The notes below the pieces were generated by a model that saw only the letters and a program-made list of their open reading frames with translations, was not told the DNA's origin and ran no database searches. Made by a program: the position numbers and the translations under genes. Of a stretch of DNA of 64,000 nucleotides, positions 1 to 11,100 are shown piece after piece. Source of the stretch: Rebecca billardiae RCC1528 (Eukaryota > Protista > Haptophyta); the NCBI GenBank assembly GCA_965240325.2, contig OZ251240.1, forward strand, positions 1 to 64,000, in the 5' to 3' direction. Every line of letters starts with the position of its first letter. Positions within the stretch are counted from its first letter, which is position 1.

Positions 1-450
1 TACACCCTGGACCAAGTTGGTACATTCCGCGGAAATTTGGTACACTTGGTACATTTTCAGGACGAGTTGGTACATTTTTTGGTGCACCCTGGGACAAGTT
101 GGTACACTTTGGGGAGCAGTTGGTACATTCAGGGAGGAGTTGGTACACTTGGTACACTTTTGTGTGCAAACTGGTACATGGTTATTGGTTGGTACACGTT
201 GGTACACTCATGAAATGTACCAAAGTGTACCATTTATGTACCAAAGTGTACATGGTACACCCAATGACATTTGGTACATTGTCAGGATGCGTTGGTACAC
301 TTTGGTACACTATTGGTACACTATTGGTACACTATTGGTACACTATTGGTACACTATTGGTACACTATTGGTACACTTGGTACATCTTTACATGTACCAA
401 TAGTGTACCAATAGTGTACCAATTATGTACCAACGTGTACCATGGTACAT
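1..450. repeat. Array of short TTGGTACA(C) motifs in both orientations, including about 7 tandem copies of an 11-bp unit TATTGGTACAC (about 301-376)
   Basis: The motif recurs with variable spacers from 1 to about 380. The reverse-complement form (TGTACCAA) is clustered at about 216-250 and 393-442. The ORFs here are low-complexity artefacts of the repeat. Confidence 0.85.
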
Positions 451-669
451 CCGCTTAGCTCGGTACACTCCGGTTCTGAGCTCGGTTTGGTCGATCTACT
501 ACCCAAATTGAGACTGATCCGGTCACGGATACTGTCACGCCAAGTGTTAAAACATCATATAGTAAACTGTAACACGGTGATCTTAGCCGCGAGGCGGCCG
601 CAGCCCTCATCCAGGCCTCGCAGGCGGACGGCTGAACGAATTTTTCCGGCGGCGCTACCATCGGCGACG

Positions 670-747
670 GCTTCATGGGCGGTGACAGTTGGCGGGCGTC
701 AATCTCGCCTGCCTGAGCTGTGTGCGTCTCTTATTCTTAGTAAACTG
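670..747 (-). mobile_element. Tc1/mariner-type transposon terminal inverted repeat (right end), followed by TA
   Basis: ...CTCTTATTCTTAGTAAACTG|TA. Near-exact reverse complement of 2275-2353. A TA|CAGT terminus is typical of Tc1-like elements. Confidence 0.6.
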
Positions 748-1424
748 TAGATCAAGAGACGCGGAACTGCGTCCGCGCGCGATGCGCAGCTGGCAGCCCG
801 CGTCGGCAGCGCGAGCGCGGTCAAGCGGACGGACTCACGCTGCCCGCCTGACTCACGCGGCGTGACTCACGTACGGACTGAACAGTGAATATAACTACTG
901 ACTGAAAGAATATACACTGTACAGCGCAGGCGGGCCCGGGTTGTGACCCCGACGCGGTCCGGCCTCCGCCACTCGGACCGGCGAAGCCGCGAGGCGCACG
1001 GCCTCCTGACGCGGGCACTGCCAGGCGCATGATCTGCCGTTGGCGTTTACGTGAATGCCACCCTCATCGTTGGCGCTCGTTACCTCGTAGCAAACATGAA
1101 GCAGGCGGTGAAACAGCCCTGGAGCTGGGCCGAGTGGGCTCTCAGCCTGGTACACGGCGACGAATTCAGCGCACGCGCGCCGGACGAGCTGCCTCCGGAC
1201 AGCAGCGCCAGTGCCTGCGCCCCCGCGTACATGCGTGCACGCCTCTTCTTCGTATTCGTTATTCCACGCGTCTGACCGAGTTGCAGCTGATGCTGGCTTT
1301 CGCTCAAGGCGGACCGTGCACAGGCGGCTGGTGCCAAAGCGAGCTGCCCGCGCGAGCGGCGAGACTGAGAGAGGGCGCGCGCATGCACGGACCTGAGGCT
1401 GTCCCGGGGCACGGCCATGATTCG

Positions 1425-2102
1425 TCACGGGCCTGGGCTCTGATGTTCGCCATCCGCACGCATGACTCGGCCGTGCCACCAGATCGACAGGAAGGAGAAG
1501 AAGATGCCGATCACCCCCACAGCACCTGTCCACGCAAAGCCGTTGAAGCCAGGCATGCCAGAGAAGCCGCATATCTGCGGCAGCCGATTGACGGCCGGCA
1601 AGAGCACCGAGTTGTAGAAGACAAGGCTCATCATCACGATGTGCATGCGGACAGAGCTCCACCGGCGCAGAGCGAGCACGCCGAGGACTTGAAGGGCGAT
1701 TTGTAACGCGCCCGTGGCCATGAAAGCATACTGCGCCGCCTCGCTGATTCGAGACTCTTCGCGGAGGATGATGATGTAACCAGTGACGACGACGACAGTA
1801 CCGCTTACCATGGCGCACCAGCCAGCGACTAGGTGAGCGCGGCGGTACGCTGGGCCATGCGACGGTGTATGGAACAGATTCCAGCTGCAGCACACGACGA
1901 ATGCGAGCGAGAAGACGATATGCACAGCGATCGAGACGGGCGCGCCCGCTGCGAGCCACGTGAGGCCGAGGTAGCACACGAAGAAGATCGAGTACGCCGA
2001 AGCGATCGCCCACCACGGCGTCAGGTTGCCGCTCCAGAGCGAGCGGCTCTTGCGCTCCTCTTGTTCTCTAGCGGGCAGGTTTGCGGCGGCCGCGGTTGCC
2101 AT
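1425..2102 (-). CDS. Multi-pass membrane protein, DUF2306-like (conserved His in TM segments)
   Basis: Intronless 225-aa ORF with about 6 hydrophobic segments. Motifs VHIVF, RRAHLVAGW and MHIVMM. Confidence 0.65.
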   Translation of the reverse strand: MATAAAANLPAREQEERKSRSLWSGNLTPWWAIASAYSIFFVCYLGLTWLAAGAPVSIAVHIVFSLAFVVCCSWNLFHTPSHGPAYRRAHLVAGWCAMVSGTVVVVTGYIIILREESRISEAAQYAFMATGALQIALQVLGVLALRRWSSVRMHIVMMSLVFYNSVLLPAVNRLPQICGFSGMPGFNGFAWTGAVGVIGIFFSFLSIWWHGRVMRADGEHQSPGP

Positions 2103-2274
2103 GGCTGCAGTCCATGGACGGCCCTGCTACTTGGTCGTGGCGTCCCGGAGACGACTTCATCTTTGATTCTTGATTCTTTGATATGATTTCTTTCGCAGCG
2201 GCAGTGCACACCTGGGCTGCTGAGTGCTGACTGCACAAACGACGCCGACGACACGAGCACAGACAGTCAGACTA

Positions 2275-2413
2275 CAGTTTACTAAGAATAAGAGACGCAC
2301 ACAGCTCAGGCAGGCGAGATTTGATGCCCGCCAACTGTCACCGCCCATGAAGCAGCGCCGTCGCTTGTAACTAAGAATAAGAGACGCACACAGCTAGCTC
2401 AGGCAGGCGAGAT
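2275..2413 (+). mobile_element. Tc1/mariner-type TIR (left end, TA|CAGTTTACTAAGAATAAGAGACGCACACAGCTCAGGCAGGCGAGAT) plus a second partial copy at 2370-2413
   Basis: Same sequence family as 670-747, 7930-7977 and 27421-27463. TA at 2273-2274. Confidence 0.6.
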
Positions 2414-2988
2414 ACGCAGTGTCAGTAAACAGTCAGTCTGAGTCCGGCTCACCGATTAGACATTAGTCCGACGCGCGGACTCTGCGACTGCAGTCGGAGC
2501 CAGTGGACCGTCTGAGCCCATGCCTCCGGGCGCGGACAGGCCGGCAGCCGGCAACATCAGACTGAGTCTCAGTGACCGTGTGTGTGTGTGTGAGCGCGGG
2601 ATGTCAGAATCGTCCGATGAAGAGTCTGAGTCAGAGTCAGACGGTCCTCGGCGGCCCGGGAGCCTCGGGCCCTGAGGCAAGCGCCAGATGCCGCGCACCG
2701 TCCTTCTCAGATCAAGCCCAGCGGCCACGCGGCAGCCGTGCCATCGACAGCAGTCCGCATGACGCTGTCGTGACGGGAGCATGCGGCCGGCTGCCCAGGT
2801 GCCCGGACCAGCTCAGCCAGCCGGCGGCAGCTAGCCGCAGCGCCCCGGCTCACTGAGCATCGCGACGCACACGGCCTGCGCGCCCCCCCGGACTCCGGGC
2901 GTGGCCCCGGGCCCCGGGGGCACCCCCACGCGCACCCCGCCGCGCGGCTCTTCGTCGTTCGCGCCGTGCACCGCGGCGCTGCGGGTGC

Positions 2989-3279
2989 TCAGTCCTTGAG
3001 GATGCCGAGCAGGTCCTCGTCGCGGAAGATGAAGAAGTCCTCCTCGCCCAGCTGGATCTCAGAGCCGCCGTACTGCGGGAGGAGCACCTTGTCGCCCTCC
3101 TTCACGCCCATCGGGATGAGCGAGCCGTCCTTGTCGCGCCGGCCCGGCCCGACCGCGACCACCTTGCCCTCGTTCAGCTTGCTCATGGAGCTCTCCGGCA
3201 GCAGGATGCCGCCCACCGACTTGGGCGCCTCCATCCTCTGCACGAGCACGCGGTCGAGGAGCGGGACTAGACGCTTCGC
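2989..3279 (-). CDS. HSP10: Chaperonin 10 (Hsp10/GroES), last exon; first exon not visible (gap)
   Basis: AKRLVPLLDRVLVQR...KSVGGILLPE...GKVVAVGPG...VKEGDKVLLPQYGG...IFRDEDLLGIL. Acceptor CAG ends at 3280 on the minus strand. Confidence 0.93.
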   Translation of the reverse strand, partial: AKRLVPLLDRVLVQRMEAPKSVGGILLPESSMSKLNEGKVVAVGPGRRDKDGSLIPMGVKEGDKVLLPQYGGSEIQLGEEDFFIFRDEDLLGILKD

Positions 3280-3401
3280 CTGCGCGCGCGAGGCGGGCCG
3301 GGGCGGGAGGGGTGGCGCCATGTCGGCGTGCCGCCGCGCCGCGTGCGCCGAGCGCGGCCGCGCGCGGCGAGCATGCTCACGGCCGGGAGGCCGCGTGGAC
3401 C

Positions 3402-3501
3402 NNNNNNNNNNNNNNNNNNNNNNNNNNNNNNNNNNNNNNNNNNNNNNNNNNNNNNNNNNNNNNNNNNNNNNNNNNNNNNNNNNNNNNNNNNNNNNNNNNN
3501 N
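3402..3501. other. Assembly gap (100 N)
   Basis: Run of N. The flanks appear to belong to different genes on opposite strands. Confidence 1.
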
Positions 3502-3631
3502 CCCAGCTGGCGTGAAGGACTGCCCGCGGGCGTACTACCACGTCCCAGTGCTGCTGTGCCTGGAGCTGGCAGTGGTGGTGCTGGGGCGCCTGACTGGCAC
3601 CTGGGCGCACCCGCCAGCGGGCAACGGCTAG
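3502..3631 (+). CDS. 3' end of an unidentified gene truncated by the gap
   Basis: PAGVKDCPRAYYHVPVLLCLELAVVVLGRLTGTWAHPPAGNG*. Coding-like GC3 bias, followed by AT-richer UTR-like sequence. Confidence 0.4.
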
Positions 3632-5367
3632 GCTCAGGTGGGTGCCAGTTCATCGGAGCCGTCTGCGCGGCGGCAGTTATTATGTATGTATAGGTCACTG
3701 CTGCTGCCTGCTGGCTGCTCAGCCGGCGCCCGTACGCGACTAATATATCGTCCGTCGTCGTCACTGCTGACGATCGATGCCGGATTATACAGCCTGCTGC
3801 GCCCGTCGCCATGGCGGATCTTATTATTATATGCGCCGATGATCGATGCTAGTCATATGGCTATTACTGCTGGTACTTGGCGGTAGTACAAGTCGTCGAT
3901 CAGATTCGGTGCGCGCGCAAGACGCCAGCCAGCAGAGCACCGCGTCGCAGTGAACCGACGAGCGCACGTACGCGTCGAGCTCATGCTGACAATAGCGGCA
4001 GGACTACCGTCACAGTGCGGCTGATGTGCACGGGCCGGCACACGTGGCAAGCAGCGGCGGCTGGCCAAAGTGCGCAGGGCGAGAGCGCGCAGTCGCTCGC
4101 GCCGACGCTGGCCCTGCTCTGGGCTGCTGTGGCTGCCACGCACTCAGCTCGGAGTGATGGGATACCCGCGGCGGGCTCTGCTGCGAGCGCGGTGGGGGTG
4201 GAACCGAGGCTCGGCAGCGGTCACAGCGGGTGGACAGGCTGCTGCGCGGGGAGCGGAGGGACGGGCGACAGGCTGGGCGTGCGCGGCGGCGGGCTCTGCG
4301 ACAACCTCGGCGGCAGGCACGGCGGGCGGCGGTGCAGGTGGCGGTGGGCTCGGCTGTGGCCACGGCAGCGGCGTTGAGGGCGGCTGCGAGGCGAGGGCGG
4401 CGGTGAGGGCAGCGGGCGGGCGGGGGGCGACGCCCCGGGCCACGGCACAGCTCGCGCGGCGGGAGAGACACGCCATCGCCGCCCGCCATCGCCGCCGCCA
4501 TTCGCCGACGAAAAAAAAGGAATTCGGCAACACCAAAATTGGAAATCCGCAGGAGCAGGACGATAGGATTTCCATCGAAATTCGAAATTGTGAATATTGG
4601 CCGCGGCGAGCCCTGGGTCACTGGCTGAGCCTAGGTCGCTGAGCTCGCTGGGTGGCGGCTGTCACGCCCCGCGCCGCGCGAGCGCGCGGCGCGCTCGCAC
4701 GTGAGTGCACCGCTCGCCCGAGCGGCGGCGGCGGCACGCGCGCGCTGCCGCTGCTCGGGTGCGCCAAGCGGCCACTGCAACCTAGGCGTCAGCTGGAGGC
4801 GGCCACCGCCCGACCGCCGTCCGAGCTGACCGGCCGGCCGGCTGGGTGCCACGGCACGCAGAGCGGCTGCAGCGCAAGCGCGGCGGCGGCAGGCGCAAGG
4901 GGCGCGCGGGCACCAGCATCCGCGCCCAAGCTACCCACTCTGCCGCGCTGCCGGGCACTGGCTCGCGGGCGCACCCAGCGCTCGTCGCCGCTCGGTGTAG
5001 CCCCGCTGCCGAGCGTGGACGGGTCGGCCGCTCGGCTGCCGACCTACCGCGCGGCAGCGTTGGGTGAGGCGAGGAGCGGAGGTCCGCGCGAAGAGGCGCG
5101 CGCACGCGCAACGCGAGCGCTCGCTCGCGCACCGCCGCCTCCAGCGCTGCCCGAGGCGATGCCTCGCACGCTGGCCACCGCCGCCGCACCCGCTGCGCTG
5201 GCTGGCGCCCCCGGACGCCGGCTGTGACGTCTCGGCCGGCCGGGCAGCATGGTGGGCACGTGAGGAGAGCGAGGGCGCGCGTGCGCGCCGCGCGCGGCGC
5301 GTACGCGCTAACCGCGCGATCCACGCACACTGCGGGCATGCGCGCGGCGCCCTCACCACCGCCGCCG

Positions 5368-7314
5368 GCGCCGGTGGCGGCAGAAGGCTTGCACCTTGCT
5401 CTGCGCATTCAGTCATGAGGCTGTCGAAATAAGGCTCAAGGGTGGGGGCTGCCGCCCCCACACCCCCGCTTTTTTCTTCCGTGGGGGCTGCCGCCCCCAC
5501 ACCCCCGCTTTGGACCGCCTCCGAACGCTCGTTCAGCCCGCTCACTGCCGGCGGCGCCGGCGGCGGGCGCGGCGCGCGGGAGCAGCTCGGTGGCAGCCAT
5601 CGTCGCCGGCGGCAATTTTTGGCGGTGGCATGGAAAAAACAAGTAGTCGTAGTATTCAAAAACCAATATTCGGACAGATTCGCCCGGTGAAACGGCCGCG
5701 CGCTGGACTGAGGCTCTGCTGCCGCCGCGCAATGGCGGCCGGCCCGCCCAGCGTCGTGGCTGGGCGACTCTGGAGGGTGAGAGCGGCGGAACGGCATATG
5801 AGAAGGGTCGGAAGAAGCTATCAGGCGACTCAGTGGGGCATGCTGGTCACGTCAGGCAGCTTTGTTGCCGCGCCCCCGACCCGCTCGCCACCTGCACTGT
5901 TGTTGGGCGCCGGTCGGGTCTGCAGCCGTGCGCCGAAGTAAACTGGTGGTCGTAAGGCTGAAGGGGGGGGCTGCCGCCGCCATACAGCCGCTCTTTATCT
6001 TGCGGGGCTGCCGCCTTCACACGCCCGCGCGCTCTTTCGGCCGCCTCCGCACGCTCGGTCAGCCCGCTCACCGCCAGCGCCGGTGGCGGCAGAAGGCTTG
6101 CACCTTGCTCTGCGCATTCAGTCATGAGGCTGTCGAAATAGGGCTCTAGGGTGGGGGCTGCCGCCCCCACACCCCCGCTTTTTCTTCCGTGGGGGCTGCC
6201 GCCCCCACACCCCCGCTTTGGACCGCCTCCGAACGCTCGTTCAGCCCGCTCACTGCCGGCGGCGCCGGCGGCGGGCGCGGCGCGCGGGAGCAGCTCGGTG
6301 GCAGCCATCGTCGCCGGCGGCAATTTTTGGCGGTGGCATGGAAAAAACAAATAGTCGTAGTATTCAAAAACCAATATTCGGACAGATTCGCCCGGTGAAA
6401 CGGCCGCGCGCTGGACTGAGGCTCTGCTGCCGCCGCGCAATGGCGGCCGGCCCGCCCAGCGTCGTGGCTGGGCGACTCTGGAGGGTGAGAGCGGCGGAAC
6501 GGCATATGAGAAGGGTCGGAAGAAGCTATCAGGCGACTCAGTGGGGCATGCTGGTCACGTCAGGCAGCTTTGTTGCCGCGCCCCCGACCCGCTCGCCACC
6601 TGCACTGTTGTTGGGCGCCGGTCGGGTCTGCAGCCGTGCGCCGAAGTAAACTGGTGGTCGTAAGGCTGAAGGGGGGGGGCTGCCGCCGCCATACAGCCGC
6701 TCTTTATCTTGCGGGGCTGCCGCCTTCACACGCCCGCACGCTCTTTCGGCCGCCTCCGCACGCTCGGTCAGCCCGCTCACCGCCAGCACCGGTGGCGGCA
6801 GAAGGCTTGCACCTTGCTCTGCGCATTCAGTCATGAGGCTGTCGAAATAGGGCTCTAGGGTGGGGGCTGCCGCCCCCACACCCCCGCTTTTTCTTCCGTG
6901 GGGGCTGCCGCCCCCACACCCCCGCTTTGGACCGCCTCCGAACGCTCGTTCAGCCCGCTCACTGCCGGCGGCGCCGGCGGCGGGCGCGGCGCGCGGGAGC
7001 AGCTCGGTGGCAGCCATCGTCGCCGGCGGCAATTTTTGGCGGTGGCATGGAAAAAACAAGTAGTCGTAGTATTCAAAAACCAATATTCGGACAGATTCGC
7101 CCGGTGAAACGGCCGCGCGCTGGACTGAGGCTCTGCTGCCGCCGCGCAATGGCGGCCGGCCCGCCCAGCGTCGTGGCTGGGCGACTCTGGAGGGTGAGAG
7201 CGGCGGAACGGCATATGAGAAGGGTCGGAAGAAGCTATCAGGCGACTCAGTGGGGCATGCTGGTCACGTCAGGCAGCTTTGTTGCCGCGCCCCCGACCCG
7301 CTCGCCACCTGCAC
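5368..7314. repeat. Tandem repeat, 709-bp unit, about 2.75 near-identical copies, carrying GGGGGC-TGCC-GCCCCC hairpins
   Basis: Anchor CAGAAGGCTTGCACC at 5381, 6090 and 6799 (period 709). Confidence 0.95.
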
Positions 7315-7929
7315 GGTTGACGTGAGCCGGTCGGAGGCCCGGTCGGGCTCCGCCCGCCCACGCGACGAGCCAAGACTCGAGATCGGCATATGAGACTGCC
7401 GCCAAATAAATTGGGGAGGGGTCCTCATACCATGCCCATCACGACCAGCCGAGTGCGCGCGTGGCCCCGTGATTTTGGGGAGTGGGCACCTCTTATACAC
7501 GCGCTGGACCACGGCCTCGCCGCGCTTGACGCGGATGTGGTGCCAGGTCGTCGTGCCAATCGTTTGGCTATCGACAACGGGCATGGGCACCTCAGCGATC
7601 ACGACAACGCCTGTCGCGTAGGCTGTGTAGCGATGTCCGTCCACGACTCCGTCGTGGGTGGACGGCGCACGCCATCGCGGCCGCGGGCGCAAGTGCATCT
7701 CGTGAATTGTTTTTTTAATTCACTAATTCGCCCAGCCGCTACATCGAACTCGACAACGGTTGCGTCACACCCGCGGTCTTTTGACTGTGCAAATGGGGCG
7801 CCGCCCCATGCTCAGCAAATCCGAAGAGAACGAATAATAATAATAAGATGTAAAAGTGTCTAGTCCCTAGATATGAGATCATCCCGAATCCGCGCGCGAT
7901 ATCACCCGTATGAGTGCGGGCGTCAGCCC

Positions 7930-7977
7930 GTCAATCTCGCCTGCCTGAGCTGTGTGCGTCTTATTCTTAGTAAACTG
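7930..7977 (-). mobile_element. Tc1/mariner-type TIR (right end), followed by TA
   Basis: GTCAATCTCGCCTGCCTGAGCTGTGTGCGTCTTATTCTTAGTAAACTG|TA. Confidence 0.6.
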
Positions 7978-8194
7978 TACCCCGATGACAGGCTGACACG
8001 CCTCGGCCCCTCAACTACTTTACCCCCGGTACCACGTTCCGTTCCTCACCATGTGATTGCCATATTTGGTTCCGAGCCATTTAACCACATTTCATCAACT
8101 CCGCGTCAGTCGAACCACCTCGTCCCGATGACAGGTGCCTCCGTGGCCAGGCGACACTTGTACTCGCGGGACCGAGATCGACAGTTTGCAGGAG

Positions 8195-11100
8195 ATGCCG
8201 CTCGGCGTGGGTCTGCTCGCGCTCGTCGCGACGACGGCGCCACATCCGGGGCCGCTGCTGCGCGTGGGCAGCGCGGGTGGCGTCGCGCGCATCTCGAGCG
8301 GCGCGCAGCACACCTGCGTCCTCTACGGCACTGGCCTCGCGAAGTGGTGCGCCTCGCGCGCGGCGTCGATGCGCGCTCGCCCGCGCTCCCCACGACGCAC
8401 GCGCGCTCCGCTCACGCGCCGGCCGCGCGGGGACGCGCGCGGCGACGAGCAGCTTTGGGTGGAACTCGGACGGCCAGCTGGGCTACGACAGCACCGCCGA
8501 CATCGGCGACAATCCCAACGAGCTCGGCGACGGCCTCCCGTTCCTCACCATGCCCACCAGCACCACGATCACCGACCTCTCGACGGGCGCTGCGCACTCG
8601 TGCGCGGTGCTCTCGGACGCGACGATCCGATGGTGCGCGCCGCGCATCGGCGGGCGCGCGCGACGCCGGCGCGAGTGCCCCGGCGCTCAGACGAACCCCT
8701 CGCACGCGCGACGCGCCCACGCGCCCACGCGGGATCGGTCGGCGCCCCGCCTGCCCGCCGACCGCCGCGTCCTCGCCGCAGCTGGGGGCGGAACGACAAG
8801 GGGCAGCTCGGGACGGGCGACACCACATCCGCTGGAGACGGCTTGGGCCGTGCCATGGGCAACACGCTGCCGGCGGTTAACCTCGGCGGCTCCGCCACGC
8901 CGCAGGCCGTGCGCTGCGGGTTCTCGCACACGTGTGCGCTCACCACGATCTCGTCCGTGCTCGGCGTGCAGTGCTGGGGCAAGGGCGACAAGGGCGAGCT
9001 GGGGTACGAGACTTTGAACGACCGCTCGACGCCCGGGGGCCACGTCTCCTTCGGCAGCGGCCTGACTGTCGGCTCGATCGACGTGCACCTGGGCGAGCAC
9101 GGCTGCGTGCTCTTTGCAGACGGCTCTACTGTCAAGTGGTGCGCGCGCGCGGCGACTCACGGCGGTTGGCGCGCGAGCCGTGCGCGGCGGGTGCATCGCG
9201 CCGAGTGCGCGGGCGTGCGGCGCGGTGCATTCTTGGGCAGCGCACGGCGCACGCCGCACGAGCCGCCTCCGGCGCCCGGGCGCGCGCGCAGCCCTCGCAC
9301 GGACGCATGGCAACGATGGCCAGCGAGGGCGGCAGCCTGCCTCACGCGCTCGCGACGCGGATGCCCCACGCGCCTGATCCCGCGCGCAGCTGGGGCGACA
9401 ACGGCAAAGGGCAGCTCGGCACGGGCGACTTTGACGCACGCGGTGCCTCGGGGAGCTCGATGGGCGACGACCTGCCCGCGACGCTCTCCGCGGGCTCGGC
9501 GGACGAGGTGGCGGTCGGGCTCCAGCGCTCGTGCGCACGCCTCACCGCCGGTGGCATCAAGTGCTGGGGCGATGGCGCGTCCGGGGCGCTGGGCAACGGC
9601 AACACCGACCTAGAGAACGACCCGTTGACAGTGTCGAGCTTCACGCTCGGCTCAGGGCTCACACCCACCGCGCTCAGCCTCGGCTCCATGCACAGCTGTG
9701 CGGTCGCAACGGGCGGAGCGCTCAAGTGGTGCGCGATGCGACTGCCCGCATCGCGCCACGCGGCCCCGACCCGGCGGGCCACCGCGCCGTCCGAGGCGGC
9801 CCACCCGCCGTGCAGCTCACCGCAGGGCCCCCTTCACGCCCCTCGCCCGCCCCTCGCGAACCCCGGCCGCCCGGCGCGCGCCGCGCGCGCTCCCGCCCTT
9901 GCCACCATGCATGCGCGCGTGCGGCCGCCGGCTCCGCGACTCTGCGCAGCTGGGGGGATGCGTCCAAAGGACAGATCGGCTCCGGCGACTCGTCGAACCG
10001 TGGCGACTCCGGAGGCGAGATGGGCGACGTGCTCAAGCCCGTCAGCCTCGGGAGCGGCCTGACCACCGAGGCGGTGAGCGCTGGCACCTGGTTCACGTGC
10101 GCAGCGACGGACGACGGCGGAGTCCGATGGTGCGTGCGCACGCGCGCCCCCGCGCGCAGAGTGGGTTGCGGGGCGGGGCTTGCGGCCGCGCAGCGCGCCG
10201 GCCGCTGCGGGCGTGGCTGGTAGCTCCCGCGCGCGGCAAGGCGAGCGGGGGCGCGCCCCGGGCGCGCACGAGCGCTGCTCGGCCGCCGCCCATGGCAGCG
10301 CGCGCACGCATGCGGAGGCCTGGCGCTGCAAGCGCACTCTGAGAGCTCGAGCCTGACCCCCGCGCGGTGCACGCGGCCGCCCGGCGCGCGCGTGCTGCGC
10401 AGCTTCGGTGACCCGGACAAGGGGCAGCTGGGCACGGGCGACGACGTGCAGCGCGGCTCGAGCGCTGGGACGATGGGGAACAATCTGCCCTCAGTCGGGC
10501 TGACGCCGCTGCCCTTTCCACCGCCCGCGCCGCCCTCTCCTCCGAGCCCGCCGCCCTCGCCGCCGCCGAGCCCTCCGCCACCGAGCCAGCCACCCTCGCC
10601 GCCGCCTTCGCCACCGCCGTTGCCACCACCGTCGCCACCACCCAGCCCACCGCCGTCGCCACCGTCGCCACCGCCCAGCCCGCCGCCCTCGGCACCACCC
10701 AGCCCGCCACCAAGCCCGCCGCCTTCGCCGCCGCCGAGCCCGCCGCCGAGCCCTCCACCTTCGCCGCCAGCGCCGCCACCGAGCCCACCGCCGACCCCGC
10801 CGCCACCGAGCCCGCCACCGAGCCCGCCGCCGTTGCCGCCGCCGCGCCCACCGCCATCTCCGCCGCCTCCGCCGAGCCCGCCACCGAGCCCTCCGCCGAG
10901 CCCGCCACCCCCAAGCCCGCCTCCGAGCCCGCCGCCGACACCACCGCCTTCGCCACCGCCTTCGCCGCCGCCGCCGAGCCCCCCGCCGAGCCCCCCGCCG
11001 AGCCCGCCTCCGCCGCCCCCACCCAGCCCGCCGCCGCCCAGCCCGCCGCCATCGCCACCGCCGTCGCCGCCGCCATCAACACCGTCGCCGCCACCGCCAA

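Noticed and set aside
1-450. CRISPR array or telomere
   Set aside because: The repeat is only 8-11 bp, spacing is irregular, both orientations occur, there are no cas genes, the context is eukaryotic, and it is not a uniform telomeric unit.
670-2353. Pack-type transposon carrying the DUF2306-like gene between inverted repeats
   Set aside because: The TA-flanked termini point toward the gene, so the gene lies outside both elements.
5396-7325. Repeated short ORFs in the 709-bp array
   Set aside because: They are by-products of a GC-rich tandem repeat, with no domain or codon signal.
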